Below are positions 12,216 to 27,020 of a stretch of DNA of 64,000 bases, piece by piece. How positions within the stretch are numbered: the first letter of the stretch is position 1; every line of letters begins with the position of its first letter. Where the stretch lies: contig OZ004607.1 in NCBI GenBank assembly GCA_963924565.1, forward strand, positions 29,450,001 to 29,514,000. The letters run 5' to 3'. The stretch is from Ascidiella aspersa (Eukaryota). Position numbers and translations under genes: made by a program. Below the pieces are notes generated by a model. The model was not told where the DNA came from and searched no databases. It saw only the letters and a list, made by a program, of their open reading frames with translations.

Positions 12216-13421
12216 AAACGTTTACACTTACACATACATCAAAATATTGTGCACACATTTGTACATGCCTATTTTAAAACTTTAGGAAAACAAATCTGCA
12301 CATTTTGGCATATGAACATCGTCTAGATAAATGTGCTCAGAATTAGACGTGTACGTTTTGTCGCACATTGTGTGACAAACGCCACGTCTCAAGTTTCTTA
12401 AAATAATATTAAATTCCTAAACTTTTTTCTAGGTTGGCAGAAAATAGGTCTAAAAATACGCTCGTTGGCAGAAAAGAATACGCACGTTAGCTAAAAAAAA
12501 ATACGCACATTGGCAAAAAAAAAATACGCACGCTGGCAGAAAAAAAAACGCACGTTGGCAGAAAAAAAAAAACGCACGTCATCATATTTTCCTGTTATGC
12601 GAAGAGCCACGAATTTTTTTTCAACGTCTACTTTAATTAACATGACGGAACCTAACACGTCGATATATCCTGCCTTAAAACGTGGAATCGTGAGCTTGTT
12701 TGTATCGTTAAAAGGCTTACTAGACGTTTTGCGGTCAGCTCTATACAGATATTTGGATGAATAATGTAGCTATTTTAAATCGCAAAAGCCAAGTCTAACG
12801 CTGCAAAACACTCGCGAACGCTGAAAGACAAAACACGCTGACTAAACTAATGTTCCTTAAGCTTCAGTATGTTTTCAATGTAAACATGTACAACCATTGC
12901 TCAACAATGACTTCTTGTTGTTGGATCGCAAAACGCGTGGTTAACAAAAATGAAATCCGCTTAAACTATATGTGGCGACCCGTCGATTCATTCCTAATGA
13001 TTGAAAGTGAATCATTCACAATTCGGAATACCCAAGCGGTGTTGTTCCACAACAAACTAATTTTAACTCGAGAACACTATTTAACTGACATGTTATCTCT
13101 CAGGCTGTTATTTCGCTTGTGTGTTCGATTGACGTACATTACTGAATTGGAAATATCAATAACTGTTATATTTTGCTACTGTATAGTTGGCGCCAATGAA
13201 CAATAAAAGTAAGAGACGATCGTCAATTTTAGGTTAATTGTAAACTGATAGAAACAGATTTGAATAATATGCATTGCTCATTTAGCCACTTTTGGTATGA
13301 AATATACACAATGAGCAAATAGGAAGGGATTATTCTATAATTTCAGTGATTTGTGACGCCTTTTCTGTATTGCAGGCGTAACTATTGTAATAACTCAGTT
13401 GTCTCGCTCTTTCTCGTCAAA

Positions 13422-16400
13422 ATGATGCAGATTATGTTCTTTCTTATGGGGTTTCTCGCATCTTCGCAAGCCTGGATGCTAGTATCAGGTAGGCTTGTAT
13501 ACATAAAGCAGGAAAAGTCTGTATAGTGTTAGTAACCATCCGGTAATAAAGTAAAATTAACCTTTAAGAATAAATATGTGACCGTGTGTTCAACAGTTGA
13601 AAAATGCGCGTTTTTTTATAAAATACTCTGATAAATACATGTAGTTCTGCCGTTAGTTGTTGATCGTGCATCGTTTAGTAAACAAACATTTTATCTACGA
13701 TTAGAGCATCCAACGGCTTTTAATTGTGACCACAATCCTTGCTCACACCGCTGCGTTGAATTCCCTGGAGGATTCTACTGCGAATGCCCGAAAAGCCACT
13801 ACCTTGACCCTTATGACCAATTCAATTGCTTACCATTCGCTATACAAGGTACGGCACAACTAAATTAAATGAGCAAACTCAAAGCTCTATGTTAAATAAA
13901 TTTGTAAGTATAGCAGCTATTGAGCTTATTTTGGAAAACATTACTTAAAGTACGGGTTTCGAAACTTTTAGGGCTTACACTACCCCTAGAAACAATAAAT
14001 AAAAGGCGGTACCCCTACTGGAACTTTTGTTAAGAGGTTTAGTATTATTTCACTATAAAAAGAACTTTAACAGCACTATTAACTGTGTATAATATACGAA
14101 ACCATAATTATATTTTATGTACTTTAATAATAATCAGTGGGGCCTACACAAAGGACTTTATCACGAAGCTTGATCAATACAAAGAAAATCATATTCTTGT
14201 AAAATCCCAGATATCAATCAGCTACCTGAGTATTAGAAATGGCACCCTGCCTGGGAATCACTGACTTATATTTCATGGCATATTCAAAAATTATAAATAT
14301 CAACATTCGGTCTTCATTACCCTTAAACATCGATCCTTTAAAATTAAAACCAAGGGCTCTTAAAGCAGTTTGTCGTATTTTGTGTAAGAATTGCACTAGC
14401 AAACTACAAACGTATGTTTTTTTAGTAAGAATTAGGCTTTAAAATTGACGGGACAACCTTTTTTTCAGGATTTTAATTTGTTGCTAGTTGAATATTTGTT
14501 TTATTTAACGTCTATGTGACCAAACACTTTTGGTGACGCTATCCGTAAAATAAATCCCGGATAATATAAAGTCTGCTCAAGGTAAAATCCCCAAGATAGC
14601 CAGTCTGTTTAAGTTTACATTCAAGGTTTAAAGTATGGTCGAAGGCATATTTACCGTGATTGTTTAAGGTAGTCTGCATTACACCTTTTTCCATTAGATA
14701 CTGCTTGTAACAAGGCAAACTGCTCCCAAGACTGTGTAACCTACAGGGATGATTTCTTCTGCGAGTGCTGGGACTCCTACTACATTGCTGATGACTACGC
14801 GACATGTGTGGTTCGTCCTTCAGGTAACTTTGAAAAGGGCAACATCTACCCTATAGGGCCTAGGCGTATTTATTATCCAATGTTCGAAAACTTAAAAAAT
14901 AAATGCATTTCACGACAGATTAAAGTTGTCACTATACGCTGTATGTAAACATTGCCTACAAAAGCCATTAAAACAAACTTTTGGCTTAAAGTTCTATAAA
15001 TATTTGGAGATCTTGTGCAAAAATATGATTAGGAAATTACGAGCCTCGTGATTTATCGAAGTCTTCAATGAAAGCAAACTTGGAGATTATCTACATTTAA
15101 ATGATTTAAATGGATTGTTTTATCCCGATTAAAATAAGGAATTGCAAAATTGCCTGTCGAAAAAGTAAACCGAAACATCGCGTAATAAATTGGATAGAGG
15201 GGTGAGCGCTCTTTCTTGTACAACCTACAATTGGGGTAATTTTATTATATTTTGACAAGTATTTGATCCTATTTAGAGGCCGACTGCCCGCATGATTTCT
15301 GGCCTTACGGCCACAGCTGCATGGCTTCCACCTACAATGCCTTATCTTACGCCGGTTCAAAGGCAGCTTGTAGACTCTTGGGCGGTCGCCTTGTAAAGAT
15401 CCAGGACCAGGGAGTCAGAAGAATCGTCGCGCGCTATTTTGGATCCAAAATATGGATTGGTAAGATTGGAATTTTCCGCTTGGATCCAGCGTCCAAATGT
15501 AGCCTCGTCAATATCGAAGTCGATTTAAAAAGAAAAAAATACAAGGACGTTTTTTAAAAGTGGCCATAATAATCACATTGTAAAGGTTTATTTTTTGCAA
15601 TAAATTGCGATATTTTCTATTTAATACAGAGTGAATCCTGCAAAAAAAATGTTTAGAAAAGTTGTGAAGTTCCGTTAAACTTTTAAAATTATTTTCAGAA
15701 GATATATAGGGTTTCGTTAATTTGTTTTTGCCTGAGCTGGTATTGTCTGGTTTTGTCTCGTTGGTGACCGTTCACTATAGTTTTGTTTTTTGAAAAACCG
15801 GCACCTATATAAAAAAAAAGCTTAATATAATCCCGCAACAGATATGCTGTTTGTCGCACCCAAAGCAACCAGAACGCTCTTTCGCATCTGACAGGTGTCA
15901 GCGATCGCGCGGGCGACGGTTCATTTGCCCACTCGGACGGAAGTCAGGTCACTTACGTCGATGGATGGGCGACCGGTCATCCGGAACGCAACGGTTGCGG
16001 CTACATCTCAGACGGCAAACTCTATACTGGTGATTGCAAGAACAACTTGACGGCCGTCTGCGAAATCCGTGAGTATATTTCTTTCGGGGTTTAACGGAAA
16101 ACACACACTTTTTATATAAAGCGATGGCTTGAGATGGCCAAAAAGTACCAAGTTCTGTTTTAGTTTGACAAAGCAACCGAATTGCATGTTGATTGCGTCA
16201 TTTTTAACTATACATTACGGGAATGTTATTATGTTTATTATTCACGAATATATAATGTTTAAATTCAACGATTAAAAAAGAAATCCCTAGCTCGAACTTA
16301 GAAACAAATTTTCGTTGTGAAATACGTCTTATTGACACGTATCCTTTACATGATACGCTCCATAAATAATTATTATACAGTGATACAATAGCAGTGCTAC

Positions 16401-17372
16401 AACATATTTTTTTGTTCAGCTCGTGCTACGGGTTTCGCCTTATTTTCCAACCGCCTCAGCTGGGAAGAGGTACACGGAACGCTTTACTTTCCTACTGATG
16501 TGAACGCCGTTCTCGTCACATTTCCACAACCGGTTAAAGAATTTTATGTGAGTATATAGGCCTACATTCCGTCAGCTTGATCTCGTATTCTAAGAGGACA
16601 CACTTAAAGTTTGCATAAATGCTTTTCAGCGAATCGAACGTTCTGCTCGGCAGTGTATAGTCCCCGACACTTTATGATCATTTGCCGAAAACATTTGACA
16701 CAGTGCTAAATAACTGTATGTTTCCTTGTTTGTCCATAAGCTTTAGTCGCGGGTAATATTATAATAAGGCCTAAATGAAGTTTATTTCAGTAATATTTTG
16801 CGCTTTTAAAGATGACAAAGGTCCGCTTTTCCATCTTTAACGAAACAAATGGTTCGGAACAATCCTTTCACTCCTTTGTGGCAAACAGCTAATAGAAAAC
16901 ACCCGATTTTAATCGCGCCACTTGTGCACGAATTTAGCATATGCTAATTTTGCCTAAAGAGTTTTGATTTTAAAAGATACCTCAGTATCTCCTCGAACAT
17001 AGCTAGATGGATTCACTTAAGGCTATATTTAACCCACATTACTCAGCCCGATTGGTGGTTATACAACATATCGACAGCTGGTTGATACGATGTGTTCTGA
17101 AGAAACCACCATATGCTCATCTAGTTTTGTTTCTGAACAATATGATTAGGTTACTGAACAACTGATATAATACGTTGATATAATAAACAACATAATTTTG
17201 TGTGCAGGCCTGGTTCTCCAGTGTTGCTGCAAGGTTATCCAGCAGCCAATATGTGGTGAAGCAAAACGACATCGAACGTCAGTTTGGCAAAGGCCAGGGA
17301 AAGTTTGTTATCGAAATGGGTGACAGTCGTTTCCCAGATTACAAAATTGCCGTAACCGCCTATGCTGCGTGA
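13422..17372 (+). CDS. Secreted EGF-EGF-C-type lectin-(CBM2-like) protein, copy 2, 328 aa
   Basis: Exons at 13422-13488, 13705-13848, 14698-14823, 15277-15459, 15895-16068, 16420-16547 and 17208-17372. Exon lengths match copy 1 and the frame is open. Confidence 0.88.
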
Positions 17373-17850
17373 ATATCAAAAGCATTTGTTGTCTGTGTTT
17401 TACTTTTGATAAATTAAAATTTATGGCAAAAAGGCCGCAAGTTCATTATCCGGCTAAAATCTGTGTGGATCACATTAAGCTTTGTAAAATCGATTTTATT
17501 TATTTTGCAATATTTTTTGACAAACACGTAATTTTTGTGTAATAAATAAAGCTTTATTGAGTGTTATTGGGCATCAATCGTTACTAAGCTTTCCCCGAAA
17601 AAACAAACTTGAGAGGAAGCTTACGTGAACTTGAGAGGAAGCTTACAAGGCAATATAGAAGTGTCTTAACTTGAGTTTGAAGTTCGTCTATTAATTAATT
17701 TTATAGGAATTTAGAATGACATATTACAATAACTTGATAAATAAAATCCAGTCAACACAGTGGAAATCTTGAAAATATAAGTGAAAACTGTGTGGAAAAT
17801 AAATTTATAAACAATTGGACCCTAGTTTGCTTTTGTAAATATTTTTATGA

Positions 17851-18599
17851 TTCACTCATAAATAAACGAAATGTCTAGGCCCTGCAGTGTTTTGTCGACA
17901 TTTCGATTTATCACATCGGAATGAGCAACCGTCAGGCATTTAATTTTTGCTAATAGTTAAACTTTGTGTAAACGTTGACTCAACTAGCGAATGTTCCATG
18001 AAATGGCATTATATAGTTGGCCAACTTTTGACGAAAATATTAAACATCAAAAACTTGTGATGAATTCGAATTTTTATTTTGAGAAATTCAGCAATTTCGA
18101 GCCAAGTTTGCCAAAATTAAAAGACATTTTGACTTTGGGAAATTAATATTTTCCTATAATAAAAATGGGTCTACTCTAAAATTTACTTTTAACAGTTTGT
18201 ATACCCTTAATTGAATGACCAATAAGGTCATGAATTTTTCTTGTTTGTCGGTTGTAAATAATTTTTAGCTGCAACATTTATCATAAGAGGCCGATTAAAT
18301 GCTGTTTTGGTTTCATAATTTAGGTATTCTAACGTATGTTCGCATTTTTTTTCACGCTGTTGCTCTTCTAGAATAAGGCGATAGTCATACTCAACCTTAA
18401 CGGCATATAGAGTTCTGGCAAAGGAGTAATAAAAGTTTGTTATACCTTTGCGAAACAAATTGGCGAATTCCTCGTTGTCGTTTGTCGCCGCTTTTTTCAT
18501 CGTATCGAAAGTGCAGTTGTTGCAAATCTTCTCCAAGTTGTCGTTGTCGACCTGAACACCAATAAACTCGGCGATCTTTCTGACTTCTTGGCGTAAATT
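17851..18599 (-). pseudogene. Sulfotransferase remnant (exon 6 and truncated exon 7 only)
   Basis: Exon 6 at 18599-18446. A ~1.5 kb deletion removes exons 2-5, with junction TCAAGGG/TACCTTCTC at ~18997. The last exon lacks its acceptor, as in the 8443 copy. Confidence 0.88.
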
Positions 18600-19164
18600 C
18601 TGAAAGACATGCTCGGTAAACAAGAGTATTACTAAATTAGTTGTACAGGCCATATATTTTTTTTATGTAGCAATATAAGGTAGTTTTCTTGCTTCACTGC
18701 CTTGCCCAACTTTACGTCAATATACACATGACCACTAACAAGTGACCAACGCCCAAGCGAGTGGAAAGGGGGTTTCGCGAATTCATACTAGGCTACTTTA
18801 CGCTACTCAGCGTGTTACGTAGTCGTGTATACTGACGTTTGTAAATATACTTAACGAGCAATTTTAACTAAGTGAAGTGATTCTGTCCAGAGTTCAAAAG
18901 TTAAGGACAGTTATATTAGCGGCCTGTTCCTTGGAGTCAGATGTATAAAAAGAAACGTGTTTGAGACTTATGCCGCCGTCGGCCCTTGTCTCAAGGGTAC
19001 CTTCTCATAAATGCCGATAGAGGGCGCTATGTTTATTTTTGATAGCATTAAATATAGGAATCAAACACAAGAAACAGTCAGATAAATATCATGTACTTTC
19101 CGATCACTATCTAGTATTATACATATAATACATAAGTTTATCTGAAGTTATCAATAACCTTTAT

Positions 19165-20095
19165 TGTCACAAATTGCGTTATACCTGAAAAACTACTTTA
19201 CAATCCCAAACATTGCGTTACTCTGCCCTCTGTCATTGACCATTGTGACGTGTATTCCTATTGGGATATCTTACGGTGCGACCAGCTGATAACCTGTTGT
19301 TTTGAAGTGAATTTGTGGCAAGGCGTGGCGTAGTATTCTGCATAAACTACGCTAAGGAAAACATTTACAGTTTCTGCTGTACCAGTTTTAGGTTTGTCAT
19401 CACCGAAAAGAAACTTTAGGATATCTGACCTAAAAGTTTGTTACAATTTGGGGCTCGTCTGGGATCTATACTATTGAACTGCTTTGGGTGTTGACCTAGT
19501 TTTATATTGCTGAAGTTGGCAAGCAACTGTGTTTGACTGGAGCCAATTTGGCGAAGTTAATTAATGTACAGCAGGCGTTCGAGAAAGAAAAGCGACGCCT
19601 ATACCTAGGGAAGTTGAAGCCCAGCAAAGAGTTGCCGAGTCTGAAGCCAAAGAACGGCGGAAAAATGCTGAGGCTGAAGCTGAAGAAGTGCGGCGGAATG
19701 CCGAGGCCGAAGCGGCAGAAAAGCAAACGAAACCCGAGGCGCGAGACAGGGAATAGCAGAACGAGTTGGATAGCTATCTGCTACGCTTCGAGCGCTTTGC
19801 TGTAACCTGCAAGTGGGATGAGTTAGAGTGGGCGACTACGCTAAGCGCCCTTCTGCAAGGTCGAGTATTGGTTGTATACCTAAGAATTCCAGACGCTGAC
19901 GCTGTGTTTGAACGAAGAAGTAACCGTAGTAAGTTTCGTAGTTCAAAACCCGAAAAGGGTGAGAGTCCTACCCAGTTTGCGGTGCGTCTGCAGAATTGAA
20001 GAAGTGGGTAAAGTTATCGGAAGCAATTTTTGACTCGGGCGATGTGAGCGAACTATTCGCCAAAGAGCAATTTCTAAAGTCGTGTCCTAAAGAAA
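19165..20095 (+). mobile_element. Truncated Ty3/gypsy (Gmr1-like) LTR element remnant, copy 3
   Basis: LTR 19165-19445 and degenerate tRNA-Pro PBS. Gag fragments DSYLLRFERFAVTCKWDELEWATTLSALLQGR...GESPTQFAVRL and KKWVKLSE...KEQFLKSCP. Confidence 0.82.
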
Positions 20096-21255
20096 CATTT
20101 AGACCTACACATACATCAAAATATTTAGGAAAACAAATCTGCACCTTTTGGCATATGAACATCGTCAAGATAAATGTGCTCAGAATTAGACGTGTACGTT
20201 TTGTCGCACATTGTGTGACAAACGCCACGTCTCAAGTTTCTTAAAAGAATATTAAATCCCCAAACTTTTTTCTAGGTTGGCAGAAAATAGGTCTAAAAAT
20301 ACGCTCGTTGGCAGAAAAGAATACGCACGCTGGCAGAAAAAAATACGCAAGTTGGCAGAAAAAAAACGCACGTTAGCTAAAAAAAATACATACATTGGCA
20401 GAAAAAAATACGCACCTCATCATATTTTCCTGTTATGCGAAGAGCCACGAATTTTTTTTCAACGTCTACTTTAATTAACATGATGGAACATAACACGTCG
20501 ATCTATCCTGCCTTAAAACGTGGAATCGTGAGCTTGTTTGTATCGTTAAAAGGCTTACTAGACGTTTTGCGGTCAGCTCTATACAGATATTTGGATGAAT
20601 AATGTAGCTATTTTAAATCGCAAAAGCCAAGTCTAACGCTGCAAAACACTCGCGAACGCTGAAACACAAAACACGCTGACTAAACTAATGTTCCTTAAGC
20701 TTCAGTATGTTTTTAATGTCAACATGTACAACCATTGCTCAACAATGACTTCTTCTTGTTGGATCGCAAAACGCGTGGTTAACAAAAATGAAATCCGCTT
20801 AAACTATATGTGGCGACCCGTCGATTCATTCCTAATGATTGAAAGTGAATCATTCACAATTCGGAATAACCAAGCGGTGTTGTTCCACAACAAACTAATT
20901 TTAACTCGAGAACACTATTTAACTGACATGTTATCTCTCAGGCTGTTATTTCGCTTGTGTGTTCGCTTGACGTACATTATTGAATTGGAAATATCAATAA
21001 CTGTTATATTTCGCTACTGTATAGTTGGCGCCAATGAACAATAAAAGTAAGAGACGATCGTCAATTTTAGGTTAATTGTAAACTGTAGAAACAGATTTGA
21101 ATAATATTCATTGCTTATTTAGCCACTTTTGGTGTGAAATATACAAAAGCAAATAGGAAAGGATTATTCTATAATTTCAGTGATTTGTGACGCCTTTTCT
21201 GTATTGCAGGCGTAACTATTGTAAGAATTCAGTTGTCTCGCTCTTTGTCGTCAAA

Positions 21256-24200
21256 ATGATGCAGATTATGTTCTTTCTTATGGGGTTTCTCGCATCTTCG
21301 CAAGCCTGGGAACTGTTATCAGGTAAGCTTGTATACATAAAGCAGGGAAAGGCTGTATAGTGTTAGTAACCACCCGGTAATAAAGTAAAATTACCCTTTA
21401 AGAATAAATATGTGACCGTGTGTTCAACAGTTGAAAAATGCGCGTTTTTTTATAAAATACTCTGATAAATACATGTAGTTCTGCCGTTAGTTGTTGATCG
21501 TGCATCGTTTAGTAAACAAACATTTTATCTACGATTAGAGCATCCAACGGTTTTTAATTGTGACCACAATCCTTGCTCACACCGCTGCGTTGAATTCCCT
21601 GGAGGATTCTACTGCGAATGCCCGAAAAGCCACTACCTTGACCCTGATGACCCTAACCAATCCACTTGCTTGCCATTCCTTATACAAGGTACGGCACAAC
21701 TAAATTAAATGAGCAAACTCAAAGCTCTATGTTAAATAAATTTGTAAGTATAGCAGCTATTGAGCTTATTTTGGAAAACATTACTTAAAGTACGGGTTTC
21801 GAAACTTTTAGGGCTTACACTACCCCTAGAAATAATAAATAAAAGGCGGTACCCCTACTGGAACTTTTGTTAAGAGGTTTAGTATTATTTCACTATAAAA
21901 AGAACTTTAACAGCACTATTAACTGTGTATAATATACGAAAATATAATTATATTTTATGTATAATTATATTTTATGAATAATAATCAGTTGGGCCTACAC
22001 AAAGGACTTTATCACGAAGCTGGATCAATACAAAGAAAATCATATTCTTGAAAAATCCCAGATATCAATCAGCTACCTGAGTATTCGAAATGGCACCCTG
22101 GCTGGGAATCACTGACTTACATTTCATGGCATATTCAAAAATTATAAATATCAACATTCGGTCTTCATTACCCTTAAACATCGATCCTTTAAAATTAAAA
22201 CCAAGGGCTCGTATTTCGTTTTAAAGCAGTTTGTCGTATTTTGTGTAAGAATTGCACTAGCAAACTACAAACGTATGTTTTTTCAGTGAGAATTAGGCTT
22301 TAAAATTGACGGGACAACCTTTCTTTCAGGATTTTAATTTGTTGCTGGTTGGATATTTGTTGTATTTAACGTCTTCGAGACCAAACGCTTTTGGTGACGC
22401 TGTCCGTAAAATAAATGCCGATAATATAAAGTCTGCTCAAGGTAAAATCCCGACAAAATACAGTAGGCTCAAGATAAAATTCCCATGGTAGGCAGTCTGT
22501 TTAAGTTTGCATTCAAAGTTTAAAGTATGGTCGAAGGCATATTTACCGTGATTGTTTAAGGTAGTCTGCATTACACCTTTTTCCATTAGAAACTGCTTGT
22601 AACAAGGCAAACTGCTCCCAAGACTGTGTAACCTACAGGGATGATTTCTTCTGCGAGTGCTCGGAGTCCTACTACATTGCTGATGACTACGCGACATGTG
22701 TGGGTCGTCCTTCAGGTAACTTTGAAATGGGCAACATCTACCCTATAGGGCCTAGGCGTATTTATTATCCAATGTTCGAAAACTTAAAAAATAAATGCAC
22801 ACTATATGCTGTGTGTAAACATTGCGTACAAAAGTCATTAAAACAAACTTTTGGCTTGAAATTCTTTTAATTTTTGGAGATCTTGTGCAAAAAAAATTTG
22901 ATTAGGAAATTATGAGCCCCATGTTTTATCGAAGTCTTCAATGAAAGAAAAGCTTGAAAATTATCTACATTTAAATGATTTGAATGGATTGTTTTATCCT
23001 GATTAATATAAGGAATTGCAAACCGTTGCGAGTTATGTTTTCCTGTCGAAAAATTAAACTGAAACATCGCGTAACAGATTGGATAGAGGGGTGAGCGCTC
23101 TTTCTTGTACAACCTACAATTGGGGTAATTTTAAACCGCATGTTATATTATGACAAGCATTTGGTCCTATTTAGAGGCCGACTGCCCGGAAGGGTTCTGG
23201 CCTTACGGCCACAGCTGCATGGCTTCCACAAACAAGTCCACATCTTACGCCGGTTCAAAGGCAGCTTGTAGAGTCTTGGGCGGTCGTCTTGTAAAGATCC
23301 AGGACCAGGGAGTCAGGAGAATCGTCACGCGCTATTTTGGATCCAAAATATGGATTGGTAAGATTGAAATTTGCCGCTTGGCACCAGCGTCCAAATGTAG
23401 CCTCAATATCGAAGTCAATTTTATAAAGAAAAAAATACAAGGACATCTTTAAAAGTGGCCATAATAATCACATTGTAAAGGTTTATTTTTTGCAATAAAT
23501 TGCGATATTTGCTATTTAATATAGAATAAATCCTGCAAAAAAAATGTTTAGAAAAGTTGTGAAGTTCCGTTAAACTTTTAAAATTATTTTCAGAAGATAT
23601 ATAGGGTTTCGTTAATTTGTTTTTGCCAGAGCTGGTATTGTCTGGTTTTGTCTTGTTGGTGACAGTTCACTATAATGTTCTTGTTTTTTTTTGAAAAACC
23701 GGCACCTATATAAAAAAAGCTTAATATAATCCCGCAACTGATATAGGCTGTTTGTCGCACCCAAATCCATTAGCACGCTCTTTCGCATCTGACAGGGGTC
23801 AGCGATCGCGCGGGCGACGGTTCATTTGCCCACTCGGACGGAAGTCAAGTCACTTACGTCGATGGATGGGCGACCGGTCATCCGGAACGCGACGGTTGCG
23901 GCTACATTTCAGACCGCAAACTTTTTACTGGTGATTGCAAGAACAACTTTACTGCCGTGTGCGAAATCCGTGAGTATGTTTCTTTCGGGTTTTAACGGAA
24001 AACACACAGTTTTTATATAAAGCGATGGCTTGAGATGGCCAGAAAGTACCAAGTGCTGTTTTAGTTTGACAAAGCAACCGAATTGCATGTTGATTGCGTC
24101 ATTTTTAACTATACATTACGGGAATGTTATTATGTTTAATGTTCACGAATATATAATGTTTAAATTCAACGATTAAAATTTAGAAACAAATTTTCGTAGG

Positions 24201-25254
24201 AAAATACATCTTATTGACACGTATCATTTACATGGCACGCACCATAAATAATTATTATACAGTGATACAATAGCAGTGATACAACATATTTTTGTTCAGC
24301 TCGTGCTACGGGTTCGCCGTGTTTTCCAACCACTATGGCTGGGAAAAGATACACGGAACGCTTTACTTTCCCACTGACGTGAACGCCGTTCTCGTCACAT
24401 TTCCTCAACCGGTTAAAGAATTTTATGTGAGTATATAGGCCTACATTCCGTCAGCTTGATCTCGTATTCTAAGAGGACACACTTAAAGTTTACATAAATG
24501 CTTTTCAGCGAATCGAACGTTCTGCTCGGCAGTGTATAGTCCCCGACACTTTATGATCATTTGCCGAAAACATTTGACACAGTGCTAAATAACTATATGT
24601 TTCCTTGTTTGTCCATAAGCTTTTGTCGTAGGTAATATTATAATAAGGCCTAAATGAAGTTTAATTCAGTAATATTTTGCGCTTTTAAAGATGACAAAGG
24701 TCCGCTTTTGCATCCTTAACCGAACAAATGGTTCGGAACAATCCTTTCACTCCTTTGTGGCAAACAGCTAATGGAAAACACCCGATTTAAATCGCACTTC
24801 GTACTTGTGCACGAATTTAGCATATGCTAATTTTGCCTAAAGAGTTTAGATTTTAAAAGATACCTCAGTATCTCCTCGAACATAGCTAAATGGATTCAAT
24901 TAAGGCTATATTTAACCCACATTACTCAGCCCGATTGGTGGTTATACAACATATCGACAGCTGGTTGATACGATGTGTTCTGATGAAACCACCATATGCT
25001 CATCTAGTTTTTGTTCTGAACAATATGATTAGGTTACTAAACAACTGATATAATACGTTGATAAATAAACAACATAATTTTGTGTGCAGGCCTGGTTCTC
25101 CAGTGTTGCTGCAAGGTTATCCAGCAGCCAATATGTGGTGAAGCAAAACGACATCGAACGTCAGTTTGGCAAAGGCCAGGGAAAGTTTGTTATCGAAATG
25201 GGTGACAGTCGATTCCCAGATTACAAAGTTGTCGTAACCGCCTATGCTGCGTGA
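21256..25254 (+). pseudogene. EGF-EGF-C-type lectin gene copy 3 with a 1-nt deletion in exon 6 (truncated allele, pseudogene or assembly error)
   Basis: Exons at 21256-21322, 21539-21688 (+6 nt), 22590-22715, 23175-23357, 23796-23969, 24300-24426 (127 nt versus 128) and 25090-25254. GGTTTCGCC becomes GGTTCGCC at ~24313, giving TGA at 24380-24382. Confidence 0.8.
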
Positions 25255-27020
25255 ATCTCAAATGCATCTGTTTTTGTCTGTGTTTTACTTTGGAAAAATA
25301 AAATTTATGGCTAATAGGCCGCAAGTTCACTATCTGGCTAAACTGTGAATCACACTCAGCTTTGTAAAATTGATTTTATTTATTTTGCAATATTGGTTGA
25401 CCAACACGTAGTTTTGCAGTCTAATAAATAAAGCTGTGCATTGAGTTTTATTGGGCATCATTTGATACTAAGCTTTTCCTGGAAAAGCAAACTTGAAAGG
25501 AAGCTTACTTGAACTTTTACAAATCAATATAGAAGTGTCTTAACTTGAGTTTGAAGTTCGTCTATTATTTAATTTTATTGACTTGGATTTTGAGATGACA
25601 TATTACAATAACTTAAAAACACGGTGGAAATCTTGAAAATATAAGTAAGAACAGTGTGAAAATAAATTTATAAACAATTGCACTCTCGTTTGCTTTTGTA
25701 AATAGTGTTTACACTTTACTCATAAATAAATGAAATGTCCAGGCCTTGCAGTGTTTTTTCAACATTTCGATCTATCAGGTCAGATTGAGCAACCGTTAGG
25801 CGATCCTTCCAAGATCCAATTTTACCTACAGTTAAATGGAAGAATACCTTTATCTCATTGCATTAAATTTTTGCTAATAGTTTAACTTTGTGTAAATGTT
25901 GACTCAACTAGCGAATGTTCCATGAAATGGCATTTTATAGTTTGCCAACGTGTGACGAAAATATTAAACTTCGAAAACTTGTGATGAATTCGAATATTTA
26001 TTTTTGGAAATTCAGCAATTTCGAGCCAAGTTTGCCAAAATTAAAAGAAGTTTTGACCTTGGAAATTAATATTTTCCTATATTAAAAATGAGTCTACTTA
26101 AAATTTATTTTTAACAGTTTGTATACCGCTTATTTAAATGACCAATAAGGTCATGAATTTGGCTTGTTTGTCGGTTGTAAATAATTTTTAGCTGCAACAT
26201 TTATCATAAGAGGCCGACTAAATGGATCTTTGGTTTCTATAGTTTAGGTCTTCTGACGTATGTTGGCATTTTTTAATTTTTTTTTTTCGCGCTGTTGCTC
26301 TCTAGAACAAGGCGATAGTCATACTCAACCTTAACGGCATATAGAAACTCGGCAAAGGAGTAATAAAAGTTCGTTATACCTTTGCGAAACAAATCGGCGA
26401 ATTCCTCGTTGTCGTTTGTCGCCGCTTTTTTCATCGTATCGAAAGTGCAGTTGTTGCAAATCTTCTCCAAGTTGTCGTTGTCGACCTGAACACCAATAAA
26501 CTCGGCGATTTTTCTGACTTCTTGACGTAAATTCTGAAAACATGCTCGGTGAATAAAATTACTTAACTTAGTTGTACAGGACATATGTTATACAAAATTA
26601 TGCTTTCCTTCGCTTTAATTGACTTGTCTTGCTTTGTTTAATTCACTTCACCTCGCCTCGCTTTGTTCGTTCTGTTACCTTTCTACTTTTGCAATTTCCA
26701 CTTATTACCACTAATTGCTTACCTTTGTTTTAATGCCAAAGGGCAATTCCATAGTTTCAATTCAACAACCGCTGAAACTAAAGAACCCCGGCAGTCTGGT
26801 TGTGAGCGTGGCGTGTTATACCGTAGTTGTTTTTATGAGGAAGCAAGCGAGCTAGCCTACGCCCTAGCCGCTGTGCGACAGATTTAGCTTAATGATGGCG
26901 ATCGCGCCACATGCCATTCTGTTAATAATAAATACTACCGGTTAACTTTAGTGCGGCAGCCGATCAGTGACAGGCCGTTAAGCAGTGAATAAGATATGGC
27001 GCAACACATATACCATATTT

